From: Phoronis australis
Lineage: Eukaryota; Animalia; Phoronida
Direction of reading: 5' to 3'
Length of the DNA stretch: 64,000 nt
Assembly (NCBI GenBank): GCA_002633005.1
Contig: NMRA01000041.1
Location: forward strand, 997,294-1,061,293
In this document: piece by piece, positions 44,301-58,188 of the stretch
Layout of the letters: every line of letters begins with the position of its first letter
Position numbering within the stretch: position 1 is the stretch's first letter
Made by a program: the position numbers and the translations under genes
The notes under the pieces: model-generated
Told to the model about the DNA's origin: nothing
Databases searched by the model: none
What the model saw: the letters and a program-made list of their open reading frames with translations, nothing else

Positions 44301-47300
44301 ACTTTGGTGCTACTACTCGCTGTTTTTTGCTCTAATTTTGTCTATCTTCCATTGTCTGCAGGTACAACTTTTAAAAGCATTCCAATCATGGGATTTTTGT
44401 GCTACATTTGTGTTCTATATATTTGGTTCAACAAGTGTATTCTGAATCTGAAAAATCCAAATTTACCCATAGAAACTCCTCAGCTTTCTTTTGTGGTATG
44501 ACAACCTATAAAGATAATTTGGATAAAAAATCTTTGTTTCAATGTGTCTTTCGTTTGGTTTGATTTTATCATTTTGATAAGCTCAACAATTTAGTTTCTT
44601 TCTCTGAAAATGCACATTTTCAGTTCCAGTATTTTGTCTGTGTATTAGTAGTTATTAGTGTTGAGAATCCCTGTGATAATTTGAACTCAATTAAATTTAC
44701 AATTCAAATTGAGTTGTCCAACAGTTTCCTACCTCAGTGTTTAGTTTCTGGTATTCATTTTGTATATTTCTCGCACACTCTAGGGGCACGTTGCGTATCT
44801 GGGAACTAGATCTACAGAACCGAAAAATAAAGGCTGAAGATGTGAACACGGCCAACACCAGGCGGAATATCAATTGTATGGTGGTATGTACCTGACGAAG
44901 TTATTTCGCTAACTCATCTTTAAGCTCTGATTTTGAATACTTGTTTGGAAGTCTAAATCTGACGAACATGTTTATGATAGTTTTGAAACAAGCCAAAACT
45001 GTTGTATGGAAGACCCATGTCATAGTCATCAAGTCATGTTTGTTTGCTTTTTCAGATCTCACCTGACGACCAGTACATCTTCTGTGGGACCCAGACGGGG
45101 GACATCTTCTCAGTCAGCATGAAAATGAAGATCCTGGTGGACATTAATAACTATGACGACAAGAAACACAACTTCTCACAAGGTGTCACTGCTCTCTGTT
45201 ACCTAAAAGAGGCAGACAATGGAATGCCAGAGCTGCTTGCTGGTGCTGGTGATGGCACTGTCGCTCTTGTAGGGTTGGCGGAGAAGAAACCTGCAAAGAC
45301 AGCAAGGCCACAGAAAACAACCAGGATTTTCAAAATCAAACAGTAAGTTACTAGCTGGTTACGTGCTTATGTCCATTATGTGTGCAGGTAAGAGCATAGC
45401 TCCTTTCATCTGGTGAACGTAATAACCCTTTCTTTGTTGTGTGAAATCGACTTGCATTCTTTAATCTGGGTGTAATAGAAAGGTACGTTTCCGGTTACAG
45501 ATTTAATTACAATGTGGCCTGGTCTTTCAAAAAAATCAAATTTGCCATGTAGTGGATAATATTACGAATTTATGAGTTTGACTGATAGCCCAACATGATG
45601 CTGAAATGTCAAAGAGTGCTGTAACATAAAACAAAGATTATCCTTACCTTAAATTCATTAATTAAATACTTATTCGATTGTGATATAAAAGGAATTAATT
45701 TCATTCATTATAGCATAACAGATAATATGCTTCTTGTTTTTTGGTAACTAATCAAGTTTGAGTCAAATTGTGACCAACAAATTAAAACGATTCTTTTTTC
45801 CTATGTCCACGCAAATATAATTGATAATATGGAAAGGCAATGAATCCATCTTGTGAGTAATGTTTTTTCATGCTTTTCAAGGAAAGCAGTTCTAGACTCC
45901 CGTGTATCGGCCATCACCTTGCGTGGTACTGGTCACCATTTCTTCGTTGGTACCAAGAACTGCCAGATCTATCGCTTCAACCTGTCAGAATTCAAGGCAG
46001 AGATGACTCAGACATCGCACTATGGGCCAATCAATGACATCTGCTTTGCACCGTAAGTACTGGCTTTTATTTGAAAATCCTTTAAAATTTGAAAAAACAA
46101 ATTCTTTTCTGAAAGCATTATATTTTCAGTACTGAGGTATTTATTATCTGTATGTTAATATTTGTCCCTGTTTGCAACAGAAAAGACGACTTGTTTGTTT
46201 TAATTCTCATTCACATAGTTGCTTTTATTGCTTTATTACTTTGATGATTTGTGAAACAGTGTGCCATGCACAGATAGGCAAATATTGCGGCATTCTTTAG
46301 AACATCCTCTAGCTCAACTCGTTTGTGATTTTGCACTTTTGACAGAATTTGTAAGTGCGTGCCTTTTCATATTAAAAATTTCCTAGATTTATTTATGATT
46401 TGAGAAGATTCATCTCCACTTACTTTATTTGTTCAAATTTGAAGTTTTTGATTAAGAGTTGACATAACTATTGCTGTGCAATAATAACAATATCTATGAC
46501 TGTATATTGATTTCTGTCCCCAGGGAAGCAGACGACTTGTTCGCCACGTGTTCATATGAAGATATCAGAGTGTGGCACACATACACCAGTAAGGAACTGC
46601 GACGTATTACTGTGCACAATATGACATGCAACGCCATCTGCATGAAGCCAGATGGCAAGTGCATTCTGAGTGGTAAGTAACCGAGAAATACTGGATTTGA
46701 GCAGCTTTTTATGTTACAAATAGAATTAGCAGCACAACCTGGTTCAACTGATGGTACAGTTAAGTCTCACCAATTTAGGGCAAAGTATGGTGTACAAGTG
46801 AAATTTTACTTTTCATTTTTTCATAATATATTAATAGCACAAAATGAATGGATTTATCATTTTGAAGTTCTGCACCATGGCTTCAATACTTTAAGAAATT
46901 GTGAGCATTTACGATAAGGTTAGAAGTTTTTGAAAATTTTGGCAATTCACTTTGTCTGAAATAGGCGAGACTTTAGTCACAAACTATTTTGTCAATATTC
47001 TACCAGTTTTGATGGAATTAGCAAGGAACACCAAAAAGTTAAATTTCTGAAAATACCTACTTCTAAATTTTGTTGATTTTTTTGTCTAGAAACTTGTTGT
47101 CAAATTTTTTGAAAACAACTGTATTACCAACTCCTACACTTGAGGAGGCAGTGTGGCCTAGTGTGATAGGTATCCGTCTTCTTTTCTCGAGGTCGTGGGT
47201 TCAAGTCCCACTGGGTCACACTTGTCTGCTAAACCCTTTAGTCAGGTTTCTAGCTCCTCAGCTCGGTTTTAACTATATATTAATAAAGCATTAAGATGGT

Positions 47301-49373
47301 TCCAGGTGCACGTCTGGTACGTGTATCAGACCGCCTGCAATTATTTTATCATTTTAACTCTACACTTTTCACTTTCTTCATATCCGGATGCCCCAAAAAA
47401 TATACCAAGTTTGCCAAGTCAGAAGAATCTATAAAAGACCTACTTCTCATATGTTCCAGAATACTGGCCTCTCAAATGTAAATACCAACTATATGACAGT
47501 TCATCTGCGAGAAGTGTACTTTGGCATTCAAAAGATGCTCGGTACTTTTAGTAATTATAATTCTCATTGACAACCATTTCCTCCATCCCTCACTCTCTTC
47601 TTTCCTCATCAGGCTGGAATGATGGTGTGATCCGTGCGCACTTCCCAGAATCTGGCAAGCTCATGTTTGACATTAAGTTTGCACACAGCCAGGGCGTGTC
47701 GGCTCTGACCTACCTGCAAGACCGTGACCTGATTGTGAGTGGCGGTGAAGAAGGTCAGGTGCGCGTCTGGAAGGTTACGCAGGACATGATGAACCCCAAA
47801 CTCTTCAATCACGTCCTTGTGCACACCATGCATGAGCACAAGGGGAAGGTGTCATCGTTCTGCGTCAGTGGCTCTCACCTCTGCTCAGCCGCCCACGACG
47901 GACAGTGCATCGTCTGGAATCTTGGGTAAGAATTGCGTCAAAAATTTAGTGGTTAAAAGGGAAAGTAATTAAACTCTTATAGTAGTACTAAGTGTGAGTA
48001 GATGGCCATTGCAACTGCTACTGACTTTGAAGCCTTTACACACCAGCCTTGTTTTCAAATAGGAAGCCTAAGTTACCTAAATGTTATTTATTGTCATTAC
48101 AAATGCATCTTGCTTATGTTTAGTACAATGTTATTTATTATAATTACAAATACATCTTGCTTATGTTTAGTACACTAACGGAGGCCAAGGATCACTGCTG
48201 TTGATTGTCATTACAATCGATGACAACCTGGTGACATCAATTTCTCGAACTGTCAGACGTTATTGTGTTTTAAGGCAAACAGTCTTCGTTCATGTGCAAA
48301 GTCATTTGAATCTCAAAGATTTGAAAAAATTCTAAAAATCCTGCATTTTTATGAACATTGACAATTTGGGTTTCATTTAGTTTTGTTTACGAAATGTTTT
48401 ACGTTAATTTCAGTAATTTTGCTCGTGAAAATGCCATGCATGCCAACACCCTGTTCAAGTGCGTCAGTTTCCATCCGGGCCAATTACACTTGATCACAAG
48501 TGGCACTGACCGTAAGATTACGTACTATAGCACACACGATGGCTCTCAGATACGTGAGTGCGAGGGATCCCAGTCCGGAAGTATCAACGGAATGGATATC
48601 ACGAGGAGCGGAAATATGTTCGTCACGGCTGGAGAGGACAGATTAGTTAAGGTAAGCAGCAATTAATACAGGTTGTACTTCTTCAAATCTTAAGCGCTCA
48701 CTGCGGCAGAAATAGAAATTTTGTTTTGTCAGATTTGTAATGTATCTTAGTAATAAATTTAGTTACTAGTTAGTTTGTACATCGGTTGATATTTTTAAAA
48801 TTTTTTTGGCGCTGTAATCAGTTGATGATTAGTTGATAAATGACAATTTTAGCAATTATTTTTGAGCAAAATTACTGAAGAATTACCCCTGCCTGGAGTA
48901 ATGGGCAGTTTTCAATAACTTTGAGGTCCTAAATTCTGTTACACCAATTGCTTTCAATGTGTTATCCATGGACAAAGCTCAGAACAATTGCGTTGCACTT
49001 GCCGATTGTAATCCCCTTTTCCAATTCTCGAAAACAAAATTTGTTTTAACGGAAGTGCACACGTCCTGTGCATTTTTCTAAAGTCGCAAGTTAGTTAATT
49101 GTGCTTGAAAAGTCTCCTTCTTAAAGCAATTCCATACCAGCAGCTTGTAGTTTTTCTAAAATTGCCTCGGACAAATGGTCTCTCACATACTGAATTCTGG
49201 TGATGTTTTATCGCCGTTTTTAGGTCTGGAAGTACGCAGAAGGGGAGGTAACACACGTGGGCATCGGACACACAGGACAGATCTCCAAGGTGAAAATTAG
49301 TCCGAGCCAGAGGCATGTTATAAGTGTGGGCGTTGATGGAGCTATCATCAGGTGGGGCTTCCCACTAGCTTGA
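41356..49373 (+). CDS. CFAP52: Cilia- and flagella-associated protein 52 (WDR16), WD40 microtubule inner protein, 11 exons, ~650 aa
   Basis: Exons 41356-41422, 43105-43316, 43607-43743, 44119-44247, 44784-44883, 45056-45342, 45882-46052, 46524-46672, 47613-47925, 48414-48651, 49224-49373 (1953 nt, GT-AG, phases consistent). Recognisable blocks: IIGYNGH..GLHIHPD, HMGFMADIIVWD, LVSLGGSDDGS, ITLRGTGHHFFVGT, LFATCSYEDIRVWHT, ITSGTDRKI, EGSQSGSINGMDIT, VWKYAEGEVTHVGIGH. Confidence 0.95.
47142..47355 (+). mobile_element. tRNA-derived SINE in CFAP52 intron 8
   Basis: A-box-like TGGCCTAGTG (~47154) and B-box GGTTCAAGTCC (47198-47208); no complete cloverleaf; T-rich tail; flanked by the imperfect direct repeat AACTC(C)TACACTT. 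Confidence 0.65.
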
Positions 49374-51329
49374 GGAGATGGCGGAGCCTCATGGTTTATT
49401 GAAGAACTTGATGACAATAATCACCTAAAAGGTTTAATGGGACAGTAAGGCAGGCGTGTAAAGCTATCATGAGCCGTCATGAAAGGCTGTGACATTTTAT
49501 GTGATGCTGAATGTCAGACCACTGTAAAAATGTTCTACTGTATAAAATATTAAATTTAGTGGAGACTACATTGTTTACCAAATTTGTTATCTGTCCTCTT
49601 GTAAATAGGTCTCACTAAAACCGATGTTGAAGCTCAACCGGTCAACGGCATGGTACTAGCGTTGTTCGTTTTGTACTACTTTCCTTAAACATTTGGTAAT
49701 TAAAATATTTAATTATTTGATGACCACCATTTGAACTGCAAAAAATGACATTTTTATATGTAAATGTAGTTTACAGATTTCCTTCACCAATAATCATACA
49801 AATGCATAATTGTAAACAAATGTGATAGGTAATTTGAAGTAAGAGAAATGTTACCCATGTGATAAATTATTCCCGTTCCTTGGTATAAATGTAACTCAGC
49901 TGTCCACATTCCATATTTTACACATTTCTTTAAGTTTTAGTTTACTTGGTTGTGTGTTACATGTACATTCCATATGCGTGTTTACAAATGTGAATAAATT
50001 TAATATAACAGATAAAAGATTATTTTATGTTCTGTTTATATATTTCCACATAACTTACAGTCACACTTTACAAAATCACATGGTCATGACCTTTTATGGC
50101 AAAATTAAAAAATATGAGCAAATAATAAACTTATCATTTCCTAGATCACAGTGATGTCTATAAAACTAAAGCTTTCGGGGTCTGGCCAAATCTGGTGAAA
50201 CATTAAAAGAAATGAGAGTATATTTCGAATCAGTTTGCTAAATTGGTGAAGAGTTGCACAGAATTTTTATTGGCATTACAGTTGTGGGACTTCTACATCT
50301 CAGCTTCTGTAAATCTCAAAATGATTCTCTGGTACATCAATGGGGTATTGGCTGGCAAATTTTGACAGTTCAACATGTCCTGGATGTTTTCAGCTTTGTT
50401 GAATATATCTAAAATGTTTTAATATCAGTTTCTACAGTAGTTTCACTGGTACTGATGACATGCAAGTCTGGCTACGACACTATGAAACTTCATTTGAGAC
50501 TCAACTAGACCTATCATGTGGCTAGCTTTATTAGGTGATTGGTCAATTTTCAAGTCCTGTTAACATTTGTTCGCTTCAAGCCAGTATGTCTTCAATACTA
50601 GAGAAAACTAGTTAAAAGCCCGTCGAAAAACTAGCAAATCAGGTGGCATGCTTCAAGCATCGTTATAAATTTTCCTGCAGCGACTGGCCAACTTTCAATT
50701 TGAGTCTAAAGCATATACATAGCAAAAGTTGGAGGTCTTGAACATAGATGAGCAGGTTGGAATAAATTATGTATAAGTAAAGAGCCAATGTGGAATGTTG
50801 AGACCACTTAAAGTACCCCCCTTTCAGGACAACCATTACCTCACACAATGGGAGGCTGGTCACAAGACTGGTCACATGATAGTCATGACTACTGCTGCCC
50901 CCTGTGTATATACAGAGGTACTTGTACTTCACTAATGGTGACACAGGTGAATGCTCCTTTAATGTCAGATGATGGAGTCACATGGTGGCATTAGCAAAGT
51001 AATCCGGAGGATATTACAACGTTCACAAAAAATAACACGTTTCTGTTCCTCTTTAGAAGCAGCAGATTTATTTTTTTCACATCATGAACCTTTTAAGGTG
51101 CATAGATGCACTTTACACATTTGCCTCCTTGATGATTAAAGAGAGGGCAGTGACGGCCATCTGTCCCAAATGATCAGTAGCCATTGCTTTATGGAAGTCT
51201 TTATCCATCAATTACAATTAGTAACACATAAACATGAGTAGCCAATGAGCTGAGTGATTCATCACGGTAGTAACACAATCTGCAAGTATAGTTCGTTTGA
51301 ATCCCAATTCCTCGGCAATCTGACGTGCT

Positions 51330-51427
51330 GCATGACATCTAACACTGACGTGTCGCGTCACATCTAACACTGATGTGTCGCGCGACAGCTAACACTGATG
51401 TGTCGCATGACAGCTAACACTGATGTC
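51330..51427. repeat. 25-bp tandem repeat, ~4 copies, in the probable ATG12 3' UTR
   Basis: Unit approximately GACAKCTAACACTGAYGTGTCGCRY. Confidence 0.88.
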
Positions 51428-51471
51428 CAGTTACAGAATTGCACATGTAATACTTATCCTCCAAGTGTCAA

Positions 51472-54400
51472 TCATCCCCACGCCTGTGACCGGCAGTAGT
51501 GCATTATTAACTTGTTATCCGTTTCGAAGCACTAAAATGAAAAACAAAAGTGGCAAGCATAAAACGACCTGGGTGGAACGTACCAAAATGACATTAGTGT
51601 ACAGAGCAAAAAATTAGTGGATAGAAAAAATTTCAAACTCACAACAGCTTCTTATATTCTAAGACACCTAGTCATGAGATATGGACAGAACATGTACATT
51701 TTTTGCTCAGTCAAATATTATCTGATATTCTGCAATGACTGTAATCACCCATGTTAATTTTTTAAATTTTAAGATATTGAAATATGACTTTTAGTTACAC
51801 AAAATGTGTCCAATAACATTCCTCACAGTGATGGGATCTTATTTCTTTCACCAAAAGAACACCAAAACCATGGCCTAAAATTGCGAATTTGAAAACGGTG
51901 CATGAGTGCATTGGCCATGACTTGAGTTGGTAATGCAAATGACATCCTGTCATGGTAAGGAATTTTATGAGAGTTATGATGTTTGAACAAAAGACCTCGC
52001 TTGATTTTAATTTTTAGTCAACTATGTAAATTGAGTGAAATGCAGCTTTAAGTTAAAAATTGCTTGAAATAAATTTTAATAAACATGAATTTAGTCAAAA
52101 CACATTCCCAAAGGGTGCTCTATCAACGCGACATTGAATTCTTCAAAATGAACAGGATTTAACATGGAAGTTTTCTCAGAATTTCTGAAGAACAAAATAG
52201 CTGTCACAGTTGAACGAAACTTCACTTCTTTACTTGAGACGGCTAAAATAATGGAAACGAGACAAAACTGACGAAATTTGACTTTTTCATGGACTTAGCA
52301 GCTTCTAACACAATTCACATAGTTCAGTAGTAACACAGTTCAGTAGAAGAAACCAAAATTTTAGTAATTTGGTTTCTAATTAACAAATTAAAATGAAGAC
52401 TAATATTCGTCAAATGCAATGATTCTGGATATAAATCGATCTATGTTCACTTTGCATCGAATATGTTCAAGAAGTTCTTCACCCTTCTGAAGGTAGAGCT
52501 GTTCTTTTCTGGTTTTCAGAAAAAAACATGGCATACAGCAAGTCACCAGTAAAACAGAGCCATCACATAATTCTGCAGAAAAAGTAACATAACTGACTTT
52601 GAATTTGCTAATTGATAAAAAACAAAAAAATGTTAGATGCTTGGTATTTAACAGATTTCTCTATTTTTGTAAACGGTTTCTAACACACACACAAAATGCT
52701 TTGTGTCCACAAGCACTTCATTCAATGTGTAACTACTCACATCATACAGTTTTCCAACCTCAACATCAGGTGCGGGTGCGAACGCTTGGTTCACATACAA
52801 GAACTGCAAAAAAATCACAATGATTCCGAAATGTGAGATTATAAAGTGATGATGAGAAGCCAAAACTAAAGCTTGCACAACACGCAGTACACATCACAAG
52901 TATTCAAACAAAATGACCCATAATTCCCCGCCATGACGACTAGGCAGACACCAAATTCATCGTCTGACTAGTCTTCTCTCATAACTGAGAATTAAGGGAA
53001 TTAACAAGAAAGTTAGTAAAAGGTAGCTAAGCCATTAAAAGTTGATGGTTATTACCAATCATTTTTGCTGTTAACAAAATCAGTAGTCATGACTGGGAAG
53101 CAGAATTTTATCTGGACCACTAGCTAGTTTGCCAACAGAGCACAGGAAGTGGGACAGAAGCATTATCTTGTAAAACCTCAAACATGGTCTACAGCCTTGC
53201 ACTTGGAAAACCATCACGAGGTATTACAAACCTCCAGTGGATTTCCACTATGCAGCAAAATGTTAGCACCATGATACTAAGGGAAGTGACACAGAAATAA
53301 AACTGGCTTCGTATCTCGCAAAAATATCTATTAATTTAGGTGTATACTAGCAATGAAACAATGAAAATCAAAGAAGATTCCAACAGTTCTAAATAATTTT
53401 CTGCACTGCTGCAGTTAGTTACGAAATTCGAAAAATAACGACGTTTTTTATAAATAATGCAACAGCCTATTTTGTCACATTATCAACGACAGACATTTAG
53501 GCATCTTCCATAATTCAACATCTACCTTAAAAGAAAATACATATAAATTCAACGTTAGAGGAAACAAGTTTTAGTTTCTCATATGAGCTGCCAAACAAAT
53601 TATGACATAATTTAATTTTGATAGTCTTTGCAGAGATAGTGTAATGCTCTTTGTGAAAGAAATAAGCAGTCTTACTCTGAAAACTCCATGAGAAAATGAA
53701 AGCCATCAGTTCATGTTTTTTCCGTTAACATTAAAATCATCAATCAACATTACAAATTTACCTGATTAAAGTCACATTTTCTTGTGCTCAACAAGAAGCT
53801 GAAAGCTCATGATTTTAACACGATTTTCCAAACTCTTACCAAACTCTCTGAAGTATCCAACTTGAGATACTTGCGTATAAACTCTATAATCCAACCCACA
53901 GACTTAGTTCTGTCGACCGACCATTTCTTTTTCTTCATAATAGGAGCGTCCCCGGCTGCTTTAAGTAAGACATCAACTGAAAACACAAAAAATAGATTAA
54001 TGAAACTAATATTTGGTTAAACCAGGAATAATAAAGTACAGACTATTGCAAGCACACGAATGTTTAAAAACATTTTTAAAGGAAATGAAGAGATTTTGGA
54101 TACCAGAATTTGGGGAGAGGTTAGGACAAAAAGGCTCACTCTGCAACTGGAAGCTATTTTTTGAAAACTCCAATAGTTAAACCTTGACTTCACAGCACTT
54201 TTGTCACTTGACCATATTTTGACTCGTTTTCGTCAGAGGATTAGTTGGACAAATGATCCCTGATTTTGAGAACCAGGATGAAACTGGTTTTCAAAATCAG
54301 GGACCGCCATATCCGACAGTGCCTTTCATCAGTGCTATAGTTTTTTCACAAAAATTTCAACGGTTAGCGCAACAATTGGTTGACACATATGCAAACACAA

Positions 54401-54773
54401 AAAACTCAGGTATGTATCTGGATTTTACTCAACACAATGTTGAGCCAAAAGACAACGAAACTCCCACTCAACTGTGAACTGTCCCACTGACTCTACACGA
54501 CTACAGGCGGTAGGCCTACACAACAGAAACACTGTGGCTGAGCCGTGGAAATTAAACCACAGCCACCATGTGGAGGTCAAATCACAGAGTACAGTACGCA
54601 CCTTTCGTTTTCACACCGGGTACGGGCGACGACGGAGAGGATTCAGCACTCTGAACAGTGCCTGCAGTTTCTGTGGCCGCTGCGGCTGTGCCCACGGCTA
54701 CGGAACTTTCGTCAGCCTCATTTTCCGATTTTGCTGCCGAGCCAGCATCTGGACTGGTCTCACACTCAGACAT
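51472..54773 (-). CDS. ATG12: Ubiquitin-like autophagy protein ATG12, 4 exons, 143 aa
   Basis: Minus-strand exons 54773-54602, 53976-53840, 52803-52741, 51531-51472 (432 nt). Translation after a low-complexity N-terminus: [87 protein letters not shown], ending in the conjugating Gly. Confidence 0.96.
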
Positions 54774-55034
54774 TAGAGCTTTGATTAACTACTAACACAA
54801 TCTAAATCAACTAAGGGAGTAACGGTAACAAAGAAAAGAGATACACATTTTTAGAAACTCCTGCAGTTTCGCAAGATTGATCTAAACATTTACCGGATGT
54901 TCCGTATTCTATGTATGAGTTGCGCATGCGTCGGAATCCCCGTTCTATTTTTAAACGATGGTGTTTTCCCCAGTCATTTTCGTTATCGATCGTCATTGCT
55001 TTACTGTAGTGTGCGTGAAACTAGGCTTGCGAGT

Positions 55035-55442
55035 TGCAATCCTGCTTAATCTCAAGATCGCGTATTCGTGAACTTTGAATACACTATGAAACTTGGCAAG
55101 CTCACTCAACTTAATAATCACTTTCCCGTTGATAAAATTTTGAACTGCATGACTCTGATGACTAAAGCAAATAATTACTAATTAACAATGTAAATTTCAA
55201 CTACTAACACCGCCGGGATACGAGCTTCAGTTCACCAAACAAAAAATTGATTAACCATTCAGATATTCCTCCAATTCCGTGACACAAGTTCCGGTAAAGG
55301 AGAAAATGGTTGATTGTAAAGCCGGCAATCTGGCTTTATGAGCCTCAGATATCCGATCACCTGGTTGCCTGATGCCAAATGTTCAATTCCAAATTGCGCA
55401 CGCATAGGCTACGCTATCTTGAGAGTGAGCAGCCGATTCCAA
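55035..55442. mobile_element. Diverged MITE-like element upstream of ATG12
   Basis: CTGCTTAATCTCAAGATCGCGTA (~55042-55064) is mirrored by TACGCTATCTTGAGAGTGAGCAG (~55410-55432); exact ends and TSD unclear. Confidence 0.5.
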
Positions 55443-58188
55443 GGTCACAAACAGTAGCGGCTGACTTTAGGCGGGCTGCCAAGCCCTGGCTGTAATGTTA
55501 ATACTCGCAATCGAAATTAGACATTTTCTGATTTAATTTTGTACAAACTCCAGTGGCTTTCCCTCCTCCCGTGTAAGATTTTTGTGTTTTTTAGTAGCTG
55601 ATTTCGTTTTTCTGGCGATTTTTCTTTTCAATTTTTACTTTTGATCCTGTCAGTCCCGACAAGGGGTGCCGGGGGTTTGAACCCCTAAGCCCCCCTGGAT
55701 CCGACTTTGACTGAACTCAAGGTAATACGTTTGCGTCAAACCTGGAGCTGTAGAAAGCGCATGTGATGGACAAAATTAGTACCGAGATGCTATATGTGCA
55801 TAAACCCTAATCTTCTCAAGCACTAGCCATTTATCTTGAGCTCTCACACATATAGGCCAAGAACAGAAAATGACAAAATTATTTTCAGGCGATTTCGAGT
55901 AGTACAAATCAGCCGTGTGACCCCGGCCCCACGCGGCCCTGGGCTCATCATGCGATCCACTGTATTCACATTGCTATTCCTTACGGTATTCGCTCAAGTG
56001 AAAATCACAGGCACGGGGACATTCACCCTCACGCCTACTTCACTGCGAGGTAGGTTTGCGCATGAGTAGTGACCGACGACTGGCGCTGTTGCCTCTCTCG
56101 GTTAACGCAGGACTCTTAATTGTCGCAGGAAATTTTATCGAAAGAGCCATGAACATTCAACTGAGTGTCTGAACTATGGATAGATTCCGGTTATACTTGA
56201 CTGACTTCCGACTTGAAGCAGAACTGCTCATGACAAGTGCCGATGAAGACATGTTACAAGTTCTCCGCGTCGATTCATCGACCCTCAAAAAAGTGCATTG
56301 ATACTTTCAACGTGGGAAATAGTCGTAAATTGAAAAACAATATTGTGCTCGCCCATACACACTGTTTTCACGAAAATATCTTTACCCAATTGGTTCCCAT
56401 ACAGGCACGTGCATGGGCCTAAGTTTCGCAGATCGCAGTTCCGCACAGACGCCTATGACGGGCCTAATGGCGTGGCAATACGTTAGACATATTTGAACAA
56501 GGTAGCCTTTAAAGATGTATTTGCATGCTCCCAACTATGGTAATGTATAGTAGGGACTAAATAACAGTGTTAGATGAACATCTACGCTAAACAAAGTGAA
56601 GTTGTATTCACTGGCAACTCGCAAATGTGAAAATAAAAATTCTCCAAATATAGATGACCTTTGCAATAATGACGCGCAAAGACCGCATCATACAGTAAAG
56701 TGTTATTCACGATTCTTACTGGACACTGTTGAGCGATTCCCTGCGGCTCATTAATTCGACACGAAACTCGTTCATGAAAACATTTGGCAATTTTCAACCT
56801 ACTTCATATTCACATCGCCGCTATACGTTTTGTTTCTGACAAATTTGACCAAGTAACAGAGATGAGGAATTAGCTGCAAGTTACACTTTAAATTAGGTTA
56901 CTGTAAGCGGGCAACTTCGTTATCAGGCCACAGTTTTCAATGTCTTCTGTCAAATTTACAGCCCATCTAATCATTGCGTTAATGTTTAAAATCGCTAAGT
57001 AATGATTGTTTCCACATATTGTCTGGGATTCACTATGAAGACAGAGACGGCAGCGACTCCATCCATAGAAATAAGACTGAAGAAAAAGGTGTAGATTTTT
57101 TTATAGCCTCAAGTAACATGGTTAGCCAATACATGTCATTCCAGCTATTATTCGGAATAGGTTGAATCGTGCTTCGGTCTTAGAAGTCACCGTTTGGTCA
57201 CTTCTAGTACATTCCACTAGCAGCATCTTTTACTCATTTAATTTACTGCATCTTGTTGCGAAATCCCTCGCTGACCACCATTTTGCAGACTGGCATTGAT
57301 CTGTTTGGAATCGAAACAATAACGAGATTTTACAAATTTCCTTTCTTTTTCATCTAACACACATTTGCAAAATAAGTTTTGATAAATTTAAATTATGCAG
57401 TTCCAGGGACACTGAATAAGTAGTTCTGGTATCACTGTAAGGATAATGCAGACATTCGGCTTTGGGTATATTTTGTACCCAGATCAAAGATCACAATCAG
57501 TTTAGATCAATCAGCTGCAAAACTTTGTTTTGTTTGAGTTTTAACGGTCCTATTCATCAAACTCAGGTAAAAAATATAATACATTATAGGTAGCTCTTTT
57601 GGGAAAGGTTATTACTAGTGATTTAAAAATAGCTGTGATTCAACAGATAATTAAAGTAAATAAAATAAAATAAAATAAAATGAAAAGAAGATGACATATA
57701 AAGATACAATTATATTAATAATCTATATTTCCAGTTCAAGGAATTTGTCTTCACCAATTAAGAATGAAGCAGGCTTAATGAGAAGAATGTCTTGCTGGAG
57801 TTGTACAATAAAACGACTAACAACTTTGATGGTATGATTATAAAAACATAACAGTACGAAAGCTAGGATCTGTATTAGACTGTGAACATTGCTGTAAAAT
57901 GGTTTTCAATGTAGGACACCATAGGGTCAAATTTCTCAACAAAAATTACATTAAAATTTCGAGCACTTCAAGCCACCATGCAAATCTTTGAAAAACAGAA
58001 AATTGCACTAGTTATCTTTTCCCCAAACTAAAATACTGCAGTAATAATGCATAATGGTTGAAGCTTTTTATGACCAGAAGTTTTATTAAGTGAAGAACAA
58101 CTCTCACAACAGGAGATACACAGGTGCTCAGTGGTTCAAATGAACACTTCAATGAAGAATTAATGAAGTCAAGTAAACCAACAGACTC

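Noticed and set aside
47142-47215. Possible tRNA gene
   Set aside because: A and B boxes are present, but there is no proper anticodon or acceptor stem and it continues into a SINE-like body.
54253-54784. Plus-strand ORFs of 74-100 aa
   Set aside because: Antisense to ATG12 exon 1 and intron 1; no independent coding signal.
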